Shown in pieces: positions 11,801 to 22,058 of a stretch of DNA of 60,000 bases. The position numbers and the translations under genes are program-made. Numbering within the stretch: position 1 is the first letter of the stretch; each line of letters begins with the position of its first letter. Under the pieces are notes generated by a model that was given only the letters and a program-made list of their open reading frames with translations, had not been told where the DNA came from and ran no database searches. This DNA comes from Squalus acanthias (Eukaryota): assembly GCA_030390025.1 (NCBI GenBank), contig CM059431.1, forward strand, positions 147,562,001-147,622,000, written 5' to 3'.

Positions 11801-14800
11801 ATGCTGTACCTGCCCTGGGAGTGTTTGATGGGACAGTGTAGAGGGAGCTTTACTCTGTATCTAACCCGTGCTATACCTGCCCTGGGAGTGTTTGATGGGA
11901 CACTGGAGATGGACTTTACTCTGTCTCTAACCCTTGCTGTACCTGCCCTGGGAGTGTTTGACAGGACAGTGAAGAGAGAGCTTTACTCTGTATCTAACCC
12001 GTGCTGTACCTGGCCTGGGAGTGTTTGATGGGACAGTTAGAGGCAGCTTTACTCTGTATCTAACCCGTGCTATACCAGGCCTGGGAGTGTTTGATGGGAC
12101 AGTGTAGATGGAGCTTTACTCTGTATCTAACCCGTGCTAAAGCTGCCCTGGGAGTGTTTGACAGGACAGTGTAGAGGGAGCTTTACTCTGTATCTAACCC
12201 ATGCTGTACCTGGCCTCGGAGTGTTTGATGGGACAGTGTAGAGGGAGCTTTACTCTGTATCTAACCCGTGCTGTACCAGACCTGGGAGTGTTTGACGGGA
12301 CAGTGTCGAGGGAGCTTTACTCTGTATCTAACCCGTGCTGTACCTGCCCTGGGAGTGTATGATGGGACAGTGTAGAGGGAGCTTTATTCTGTATCTAACC
12401 CCGTTCTGTACCTTCCCTGGGAGTGTTTGATGGGACAGTGTAGAGGGAGCTTTACTCTGTATTTAACCCGTGCTGTACCTGCCCTGGGAGTGTTTGATGG
12501 GACATTGTAGAGGGAGCTTTACTCTGTATTTAACCCGTGCTGTACCTGCCCTGGGAGTGTTTGACGGGACAGTGCAGAGGGAGCTTTACTCTGTATCTAA
12601 CCCGTGCCTTACCTGCCTTGGGAGTGTTTGATGGGACAGTGTAGAGGGAGCTTTACTCTGTATCTAACCCGTGCTGTACCTGCCCTGGGAGTGTAGGATG
12701 GGACAGTGTAGAGGGAGCTTTATTCTGTATCTAACCCCGTTCTGTACCTTCCCTGGGAGTGTTTGATGAGACAGTTTAGAGGGAGCTTTACTCTGTATTT
12801 AACCCGAGCCTTACATGCCCTGGGAGTGTTTGATGGGACAGTGTAGATGGTGCTTTACTCTGTATTTAACCCGTGCTGTACCTGCCCTGGGAGTGTTTGA
12901 TGGGACATTGTAGAGGGAGCTTTACTCTGTATTTAACCCGTGCTGTACCTGCCCTGGGAGTGTTTGATGGGACAGTGCAGAGGGAGCTTTACTCTGTATC
13001 TAACCCGTGCCTTACCTGCCTTGGGAGTGTTTGATGGGACAGTGTAGATGGAGCTTTACTCTGTACCTAACCCTTGCTGTACCAGGCCTCGGAGTGTTTG
13101 ATGGGACAGTTAGAGGGAGCTTTACTCTGTATCTAACCCGTGCTGTAACTGACCTGGGAGTGTTTGATGGGTCAGTGCAGAGGGAGCTTTACTCTGTATC
13201 TAACCCGTGCTGTAACTGACCTGGCAGTGTTTGATGGGTCAGTGTAGAGGGAGCTTTACTCTGTCTCTAACCTGTGCTGTACCTGCCCTGGGAGTGTTTG
13301 ATGGGATAGTGTAGAGAGATCTATACTCTGTATCTAACCCGTGCTGTCCCTGCCCTGGGAGTGTTTGATCGGAGAGTGTAGAGAGAGCTTTACTCTGGAT
13401 CTAACCCTTGCTGTGCCTGCCCTGGGATTGTTTGATGGGACAGTGTAGGGGGAGCTTTACTCTGGATCTAATCCTTGCTGTGCCTGCCCTGGGATTGTTC
13501 GATGGGACAGTGTAGAGGGAGCTTTACTCTGTATTTAACCCATGCTGTACCTGGCCTGGAAGTGTTTGATGGGACAGTTAGAGGCAGCATTAGTCTGTAT
13601 CTAACCCATGCTGTACCTGGCCTGGAAGTGTTTGATGGGACAGTTAGAGGCAGCTTTACTCTGTATCTAACCCGTGCTGTACCTTCCCTGGGAGTGTTTG
13701 ATGGGACATTGTAGAGGGAGCTTTACTCTGTATCTAACCCGTGCTGTACTAGGCCTGGGAGTGTTTGTTGGGACCTGCAGAGGGTGCTTTACTCTGTATC
13801 TAACCCATGCTGTACCTGCCCTGGGAGTGTTTGATGGGACAGTTAGAGGCAGCTTTACTCTGTATCTAACCCATGCTGTACCTGCCCTGGGAGTGTTTGA
13901 TGGGACAGTGGAGTTGGACTTTACTCTGTATCTAACCCTTGCTGTACCTGCCCTGGGAGTGTTTGACAGGACAGTGTAGAGGGAGCGTTACTCTGTATCT
14001 AACCCGTGCTGTACCTGGCCTGGGAGTGTTAGATGGGACAGTGTAGAGGGAGCTTTACTCTGTATCTAACCCGTGCTATACCAGGCCTGTGAATGTTTGA
14101 TGGGACAGTTAGAGGCAGCTTTACTCTGTATCTAACCCGTGCTGTACCTGCCCTGGGAGTGTTTGATGGGACAGTGTAGAGGGAGCTTTACTCTGTATCT
14201 AACCCGTGCTGTACCTGCCCTGGGAGTGTTTGATGGGACAGTGTAGAGGGAGCTTTACTCTGTATCTAACCCGTGCTATACCAGGCCTGTGAGTGTTTGC
14301 TGGGACAGTGTAGATGGATATTTACTCTGTATTTAACCCGTGCCTTACCTGCCCTGCGAATGTTTGATGGGACAATGTAGAGGGAGCTTTACTTTGTATC
14401 TAACCCGTGCTGTAACTGACCTGGGAGTGTTTGATGGGTCAGTGTAGAGTTAGCTTTACTCTGTATCTAACCCGTGCTGTACCTGCCCTGGGAGTGTTTG
14501 ACAGGACAGTGTAGAGGGAGCTTTACTCTGTATTTAACCCGTGCTGTACCTGCCCTGGGAGTGTTTGATGGGACAGTGCAGAGGGAGCTTTACTCTGTAT
14601 CTAACCCATGCTGGACCTGCCCTGGGAGTGTTTGATGGAACAGTGGAGAGGGAGCTTTACTCTGTATCTAACCCATGCTGTAGTTACCCTGGGCGTGTTT
14701 CATGGGACAGTTTAGAGGGAGCTTTACACTGTATCTAACATGAGCCGTACCTACCCTGGGAGTGTTTGATGGGACAGTGGAGAGGGAGATTTACTCTGTA

Positions 14801-16582
14801 TCTATCCCGTGCTGTACCTGCCCTGGGAGTGTTTGATGGGACAGTGTAGAGGGTGCTTTACTCTGTATCTAACCCGTGCTGTACCTGCCCTGGGAGTGTT
14901 TGATAGGGACAGTGTAGAGGGAGCTTTACTCTGTATCTAACCCATGCTGTACCTGCCCTGGGAGTGTTTGATGGGACAGTTCAGAGGGAGCTTTACTCTG
15001 TATCTAACCCGTGCTGTACCAGCTCTGGGAGTGATTGATGGGACAGTGTAGAGGGAGCTTTACTCTGTATCTAACCCATGCTGTACCTGCCCTGGGAGTG
15101 TTTGATGGGACAGTTCAGAGGGAGCTTTACTCTGTATCTAACCCGTGCTGTACCTGCTCTGGGAGTGATTGATGGGACAGTGTAGAGGGAGCTTTACTCT
15201 GTATCTAACCCGTGCTGTACCTGGCCTGGGAGTGTTTGATGGGACATTTAGAGGCAGCTTTACTCTGTATCTAACCCGTGCTGTACCTGCCCTGGGAGTG
15301 TTTGATGGGACAGTGTAGAGGGAGCTTTACTCTGTATCTAACCCGTGCTATACCAGGCCTGGGAGAGTTTGATGGGACAGTTAGAGGCAGCTTTACTCTG
15401 TATCTAACCCGTGCTGTACCTGCCCTGGGAGTGTTTGATGGGACAGTGTAGAGGGAGCTTTACTCTGTATCTAACCCGTGCTGTACCTGCCCTGGGAGTG
15501 TTTGATGGGACAGTGTAGAGGGAGCTTTACTCTGTATCTAACCCGTGCTATACCAGGCCTGTGAGTGTTTGATGGGACAGTGTAGATGGATATTTACTCT
15601 GTATTTAACCCGTGCCTTACCTGCCCTGCGAATGTTTGATGGGACAATGTAGAGGGAGCTTTACTTTGTATCTAACCCGTGCTGTAACTGACCTGGGAGT
15701 GTTTGATGGGTCAGTGTAGAGTTAGCTTTACTCTGTATCTAACCCGTGCTGTACCTGCCCTGGGAGTGTTTGACAGGACAGTGTAGAGGGAGCTTTACTC
15801 TGTATTTAACCCGTGCTGTACCTGCCCTGGGAGTGTTTGATGGGACAGTGCAGAGGGAGCTTTACTCTGTATGTAACCCATGCTGGACCTGCCCTGGGAG
15901 TGTTTGATGGAACAGTGGAGAGGGAGCTTTACTCTGTATCTAACCCGTGCTGTAGTTACCCTGGGCGTGTTTCATGTGACAGTTTAGAGGGAGCTTTACA
16001 CTGTATCTAACATGAGCCGTACCTACCCTGGGAGTGTTTGATGGGACAGTGGAGAGGGAGCTTTACTCTGTATCTATCCCGTGCTGTACCTGCCCTGGGA
16101 GTGTTTGATGGGACAGTGTAGAGGGTGCTTTACTCTGTATCTAACCCGTGCTGTACCTGCCCTGGGAGTGTTTGATGGGGACAGTGTAGAGGGAGCTTTA
16201 CTCTGTATCTAACCCATGCTGTACCTGCCCTGGGAGTGTTTGATGGGACAGTTCAGAGGGAGCTTTACTCTGTATCTAACCCGTGCTGTACCTGCTCTGG
16301 GAGTGATTGATGGGACAGTGTAGAGGGAGCTTTACTCTGTACCTAAGCTGTGCTGTACCTGCCCTGGGAGTGTTTGATGGGACAGTGTAGAGGGAGCTTT
16401 ACTCTGTACCTAAGCTGTGCTGTACCTGCCCTGGGAGTGTTTGATGGGGCAGGGTAGAGGGAGCTTTACTCTGTACCTAACCTGTGCTGTAACTGCCCTG
16501 GGAGTGTTTGATGGGCAGGGTAGAGGGAGCTTTACTCTGTATCTGAGCTGTGCTGTACCTGCCCTGGGAGTGTTTGATGGGC
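5859..16582. repeat. 67-bp satellite (ctctgtatctaacccgtgctgtacctgccctgggagtgtttgatgggacagtgtagagggagcttta), roughly 150 units
   Basis: tgtatctaac recurs at 5861, 5928 etc.; higher-order variants visible; interrupted once by a SINE. Confidence 0.97.
11160..11610 (-). mobile_element. HE1-like V-SINE (tRNA-derived head, V domain, CR1-derived tail)
   Basis: Minus strand begins gggcaacatggtggcatagtggttagcact (A box) ... gggtttgaatc (B-box-like); V-domain gtctgtgtggagtttgcacattctccccgtgtctgcgtgg; ends in CR1-type tail and (tttctatg)n. Confidence 0.9.
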
Positions 16583-16825
16583 AGCGACGCCCCCACAGTG
16601 ACCCAGCGCCAGGGTCCGTGCGAGAGTGGGTCCAGGTGAGGACGGGAATGGCGTTCCACCGCGATGCACGCCATATGCAAATATCCCTCCGACACTGACA
16701 GCCTAGGGCTCAGGGCGGGAGGAGGGCGAGGTGAGATACCAGGGGCGTATAATCCCAGGAGTCCTCTCCCTCCAGGACTCCCTCCCCCTCCCCCAGAACG
16801 GGTAACGCTCCCGTACGATCCTTAC

Positions 16826-16954
16826 CCTGCTGTGCTGTGGGTCCGGATAATCCCGCAGCTGTCCGGGGAAGGCCTGGCGCACAGCCTGTTTCAGCTCCCG
16901 CGGGTAGACGTAGGTCGGCCATGGGCAGTGCTGGAGTCCGAGCCCAGCTTTCCA
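16826..16954 (-). CDS. Putative coding exon (WKAGLGLQHCPWPTYVYPRELKQAVRQAFPGQLRDYPDPQHSR) of a P2X7-ballast/nanor-like protein
   Basis: Pyrimidine tract ctctctctcccgagcAG acceptor, donor AGG|GTAAGG, 129 bp, phase 0/0, GC3-rich codons. Confidence 0.65.
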
Positions 16955-17350
16955 CTGCTCGGGAGAGAGAGAGGGGGGTTAACGGAGATCTGCGGATCGA
17001 GGGCTGGTGACTGAAGACCGTTAGTGTCGCGGGGAGTCGGGGGGAAGGTTTGGGGTCAGGGAAGGGTTCAGAGGTCGGGGGCAATTTTGGGGGTTGAAGA
17101 AAGGTTTGGAGGTCAGGGGAAGGTATAGGGTCAGGGGTCAAGGGAAAGGTTTAGGGGTCGGGGGTCGGGCAAAGTTTTGGGGGTCAGGGGTCGGGGAAAG
17201 GTTTTGGGTTGGGGAACAGTTTGGGGGTTGGGGAACAGTTTGGGGGTTGAGGGTTGGGGTTCGGGGGAATGGTTTGGGGGTCAGGGGTCGGGATTCGGGG
17301 GGTCAGGCTATGGGAGGGGCTGTCGGAGAATCCCCGGCGAGTTGCCCTAC

Positions 17351-17450
17351 CAGTCTCCGTCCGATCAGTCGATACGCCTCGTGTCTCCGGCTCCGGTTCC
17401 GTCTCTTGCGGGTGGCGGTCTCCAGGATGCGGGCGATCCAGAGCGGGAGG
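17351..17450 (-). CDS. Putative coding exon (LPLWIARILETATRKRRNRSRRHEAYRLIGRRL) of the same gene
   Basis: Acceptor cttcctcctcttcccgtAG, donor CTG|GTAGGG, 100 bp (1 nt + 33 codons), in frame with the 16826-16954 exon. Confidence 0.65.
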
Positions 17451-17655
17451 CTACGGGAAGAGGAGGAAGATGGGCTCGCGTTAGACAAGAGAGGGGATAG
17501 AGAGATAGAAAGAGAAAGGAGATAGAGAGATAGAAAGAGAGAGGGATAGAGAGAGCAATAGAAAGGGATAGAGAGAGAGATAGAATGGGAGAGAGAGATA
17601 GAATGGGAGAGAGAGATAGTTCGGGAGGGGTAGAGAGAGAGGAATAGAGAGAGAT

Positions 17656-17856
17656 ATGATGCGGAGATGCCGGTGTTGGACTGGGGTGGACAAAATTGAG
17701 AAGTCGCACAACACCAGGTTATAGTCCAACAGTTTTATTTGAAATCACAAGCTTTCGGAGCGGCTGCTCCTTCGTCAGGTGAAGGAGCAGTAACTCCGAA
17801 AGCTTGTGATTTCAAATAAAACTGTTGGACTATAACCTGGTGTTGTGCGAATTCTC
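17656..17856. mobile_element. Penelope-like terminal-repeat fragment in inverted (fold-back) configuration
   Basis: 17656-17781 is the reverse complement of ~1445-1569; 17698-17773 and 17781-17856 form ~76-bp inverted arms with 4 mismatches. Confidence 0.88.
17745..17782 (-). ncRNA. Minimal type I hammerhead ribozyme, intact core
   Basis: Minus strand: TCAC-CTGACGA-a-GGAGC-agcc-GCTCC-GAAA-GC-TT-GTGA; stem I TCAC/GTGA and stem II both pair perfectly. Confidence 0.8.
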
Positions 17857-19574
17857 TAGAGAGAGAGATAGAGAGAGAGATAGAATGGGAGAGAGAGATA
17901 GAATGGAGAGAGAGATAGTTCGGGAGAGAGAGATAGAACGGGAGAGAGGGATAGAGAGAGGGATAGAGAGAGAGGATAGAGAGAGAGATAAAACGGTAGA
18001 GAGAGATAGAGAGATAGAAAGTGAGAGGGGACAGAAAGGGATAGAGAGACATAAAAAGGGATAGAGAGAGATAGAAATCGATAGAAAGAGAGATAGAAAG
18101 GGAGAGAGAAAGAAAGAGAGACAGGGATAGAAAGAGATATAGAGACAGAGGGATAGAAAGGGAGAGATAAAAAGTGAGAGATAGAAAGAGCTAGAAAAGG
18201 AAAGTGATAGAGAGGGATAGAGAGAGAGATAGAAAGACGCAGACAGAGACAGAGACATCGGGCGGGATAGAGAGAGAAAGCGAGAGAGATTGAAAAGGAG
18301 AGAGATAGAGAGGAATAGAGAGAGTGGATAAAGAGAGAGATAGAATGGAGGGAGCGGGAAATCTCTCCACACCTCACCCCTGCTCTGTCTCTCTCCCTTT
18401 ATCCCCTGCTCTCTTCCCTGACTCTCACCCACTCTCTCTCCTCTTCCCTCCCCCTCACTCTCTCCTTCCTCTCTCCCTCCCTCCTTTTCCTCTCCCCTCT
18501 TTCTCCCTCTCCCTCCCTCCTTTTCCTCTCCCCTCTTTCTCCCGCTCCCCTTTTCCTCTCCCTATCTCTCCCCCTCCCTATCACTCCCCCTCCCTATCAC
18601 TCCCCCTCTCTCTCCCTCTCTCGTTCCCTCTCTCCGCCTCTTTCTCCCCCTCTCTCTCTCTCTCCCCCTCTCGTTCTCTCTCCCTTTTTCTCTACCCCGC
18701 TCTCATTCCCTTTCTCTCCCCCCCTCTCTCGTTCTCTTTCTCCCACTCTCTCTATCCCCCTCTCTCCCCCCTCTCATTCTCTCTCTCTCCCTCTCCCACT
18801 CTCTCTCTTTCTCTACCCCTGTCATTCCTTCTCTCTCCCCCTCTCTCCGACCCTCTCTCGTTTCCTCTCTCCCCACTCTCTCACTCTGTTCCCCCCTCTC
18901 TCTCCCCCTCTCCTGTTCTCTCTCTCCCTCTCTCGTTCTCTCTCTCTACCTCTGTCTCTCCCTATCACCCTCTCCTTCTCTCTCCCTCTCTCTTTCCCTC
19001 TCTCTGCCCCTCTCCCGCTCCCCACTATCTCCCCTCTCCCGCTCCCCACTATCTCCCCTCTCCCCTTCTCACTCCTTTCCCTCTCTCATTCTCTCTCTCC
19101 CCACTCTCTCTCTACCCCGATCTCATTCCCTTTTTCTCCCCCTCTCACTCTCCCCACTCTCTACCAACCCACCTCCCTCCCCTTCTCATTCTTTCTCTCC
19201 TTCTCTCTCCCTCTCTCTCTCTCTCTGCCCTCTCTCATTCTCTCCCTCTCCTCTCTCATTCTCTCTCTCCCCTCTCTCTCTCTATCCCCCTCTCGTTCGG
19301 ACGCTCCCCTCTCTCGTTCACTCCCTCCCCTCTCTCGTTCTCCCTCTCCCCTCTCTCGCTCTCTCTATCCTCCTCTCATTCTCCCTCAGTCTCTCGTTCT
19401 CTCTCCCTCCCCTCTCTCGTTCTCCCTCTCCCCTCTCTATCCCCCTCTCATTCTCCCTCACTCTCTCGTTCACTCTCTCACCCCCATTCCCCACACTCCT
19501 CTCTGTAAACCTCCATAATCTACTGTCCAGCCCCACCCCCATTGCTGACATCACCCCACCATGGCCCCGCCCAC

Positions 19575-19665
19575 CTGCTTCTCTTAAAGGCACAGTTCAC
19601 TCCCCCCAGATAGAGGCAGCAGTTTGGCTCGTTGACGAGTCGCTCCGGCCTCCCGACACTGTCAT
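19575..19665 (-). CDS. Putative upstream exon (…DSVGRPERLVNEPNCCLYLGGVNCAFKRS) of the ballast-like gene; 5' boundary uncertain
   Basis: Donor CAG|GTGGGC leaves 2 nt, matching the 1-nt phase of the 17450 exon. No in-frame ATG or good acceptor found before an upstream TAA at ~19685. Confidence 0.45.
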
Positions 19666-19754
19666 TACTTCGAGTCTCTGCATTTTATCTCTTTTCAGTT
19701 CTTAAAGGGGCCCCGTCGCCTCCTAGATTTGGCGAGCAGGAATTTCCCCCTCAA

Positions 19755-19912
19755 AGTATGGCAGTGTTGTCACGATTCTTGTCTGACGTCCAGTCCTGGG
19801 TGAGCAGAAATTCCCTCCATCTAAATATTGGGAAGATTGAAGCCATTGTCTTCGGTCCCCGCCACAAACTCCCTTCCCTAGCCTCCGACTCCATCCCTCT
19901 CTCTGGCCACTG
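19755..19912 (+). mobile_element. L2 LINE fragment (region after RT)
   Basis: LSDVQSWVSRNSLHLNIGKIEAIVFGP resembles the L2 'W-M-x-x-N-x-L-x-LN-x-x-KTE' motif. Confidence 0.75.
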
Positions 19913-19916
19913 ACCG

Positions 19917-21052
19917 GCTCTGTAACCTCCTCCAGTCCCCACAACCCTCCCTATCTCTGTAACCTCCTCCAACCCCCACAACCCTCCCTATCTCTGTAAC
20001 CTCCTCCACCCCTACAACCCTCCCTATCTCTGTAACCTCCTCCAGTCCCCACAACCCTCCCTATCTCTGTAACCTCCTCCAGCCCCCACAACCCTCCCTA
20101 TCTCTGTAACCTCCTCCACCCCTACAACCCTCCCTATCTCTGTAACCTCCTCCAGTCCCCACAACCCTCCCTATCTCTGTAACCTCCTCCAGCCCCCACA
20201 ACCCTCCCTATCTCTGTAACCTCCTCCACCCCTACAACCCTCCCTATCTCTGTAACCTCCTCCAGCCCCCACAACCCTCCCTATCTCTGTAACCTCCTCC
20301 AGCCCTACAACCCTCCCTATCTCTGTAACCTCCTCCAGTCCCCACAACCCTCCCTATCTCTGTAACCTCCTCCAGCCCCACAACCCTCCCTATCTCTGTA
20401 ACTTCCTCCAGCCCCACAACCCTCCCTATCTCTGTAACTTCCTCCAGCCCCACAACCCTCCTATCTCTGTAACTTCCTCCAGCCCCACAACCCTCCCTAT
20501 CTCCGTAACTTCCTCCAGCCCCTGCAACCCTCCCTATCTCTGTAACCTCCTCCAGCCCCTACAACCCTCCCTATCTCTGTAACCTCCTCCAGCCCTACAA
20601 CCCTCCCTACCTCTGTAACCTCCTCCAGCCCTACAACCCTCCGTATCTCTGTAACCTCCTCCAGCCCTACAACCCTCCCTATCTCTGTAACTTCCTCCAG
20701 CCCTACAACCCTCCCTATCTCTGTAACCTCCTCCAGTCCCCACAACCCTCCCTATCTCTGTAACCTCCTCCAGCCCCTACAACCTTCCCTATCTCTGTAA
20801 ACTCCTCCAGCCCCTACAACCCTCCCTATCTCTGTAACCTCCTCCAGCTCCTAAAACCCTTCCTATCTCCGTAACCTCCTCCAGCCCCAACAACCCTCCC
20901 TATCTCTGTAACCTCCTCCAACCCTACAAACCTCCCTATCTCTGTAACCTCCTCCAACCCCTACAACCCTCCCTATCTCTGTAACCTCCTCCAGCCCCTA
21001 CAACCCTTTCAATGTCTGTAACCTCCTCCAGCCCATACAACCCTCCCTATCT
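19917..21052 (+). repeat. 36/37-bp L2-derived minisatellite, opposite orientation to 3798-4432 (~30 units)
   Basis: ctgtaacctcctccagccc[c]tacaaccctccctatct periodicity. Confidence 0.93.
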
Positions 21053-21053
21053 A

Positions 21054-21190
21054 AGAGAGATGCAGAGAGAGAGAGAGACAGAGAGAGACAGAGAGAGAGA
21101 CAGAGAGAGAGACAGAGAGAGAGACAGAGAGAGAGACAGAGAGAGAGAGAGAGACAGAGAGAGAGACAGAGAGAGAGAGAGAGACAGAGA

Positions 21191-21235
<45 letters not shown>

Positions 21236-21630
21236 GGAGAGAGACAGAGAGAGGGAGAGAGACAGAGAGAGGGAGAGAGACAGAGGGAGAGAGACAGAGG
21301 GAGAGAGACAGAGGGAGAGAGACAGAGGGAGAGAGACAGAGGGAGAGAGAGAGAGAGACAGAGAGAGAGAGACAGAGAGAGAGAGACAGAGAGAGAGAGA
21401 CAGAGAGAGAGAGAGAGGGAGAGAGAGAGAGAGAGAGAGACAGAGAGAGAGAGACAGAGAGAGAGACAGAGAGAGACAGAGAGAGAGAGACAGAGAGAGA
21501 GAGACAGAGAGAGAGAGACAGAGATAGAGAGACAGAGAGAGAGAGACAGAGAGAGAGAGAGAGACAGAGAGACAGAGAGACAGAGAGAGACAGGCAGAGA
21601 GACAGAGAGAGAGACAGAGAGAGGGAGAGA
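21054..21630. repeat. (GA)n/(GACA) compound microsatellite
   Basis: Direct. Confidence 0.97.
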
Positions 21631-21711
21631 GCAACAACTTGCAATGCCTCATCCCAAGAGGAACAGCAGAGGAACAATATAAACTAACTGATACCATTCT
21701 AGTAAATCACC

Positions 21712-21938
21712 CATTTGAAAGTTCCTATTGAATCTGCTTCCACCGCCCTTTCAGGCAGCGCATTCCAGATCACAACAACTCGCTGCGTAAAAACATTTCT
21801 CCTCATCTCCCCTCTGGTTCTTTTGCCGATTATCTTAAATCTGTTGTCCTCTGGTTACCGACCCTCCTGCCACTGGAAACAGTTTCTCCTTATTTACCCG
21901 ATCACAACCCTTTGTAATTTTAAACACCTCTATTAAAT
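21712..21938 (-). mobile_element. CR1 LINE ORF2 3' fragment
   Basis: Same sequence family as 49680-49900 (minus strand encodes ...TQRVVVIWNALPERAVEADSI). Confidence 0.8.
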
Positions 21939-22058
21939 CGCCGTCACACCGCACTGCCGAGTGACACAATTTCTGGGTGGTCAAAGATTTGACGACTCGC
22001 CCCGTTCACTGGTACAGGCGCTCTTTCAGCTCCGAAGTATTATGCCGACTATGCCATT

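Larger units (their letters stand above)
17485..19505. repeat. Low-complexity GA-rich tract (to ~18360) followed by CT-rich tract
   Basis: Degenerate (GA)n/(GATA)n, then (CT)n/(CCCT)n. Confidence 0.95.

Noticed and set aside
6476..16698. Many 65-125 aa ORFs (MLYLPWECLMGQCRGSFTLYLT...)
   Set aside because: Chance translations of the 67-bp satellite; frame rotates each unit and stops recur.
17830..19508. Long Ser/Leu/Pro or Arg/Glu ORFs up to 394 aa
   Set aside because: Products of GA/CT low-complexity DNA lacking stop codons.
21012..21697. RE/RD-repeat and SL-repeat ORFs
   Set aside because: (GA)n/(GACA) microsatellite.
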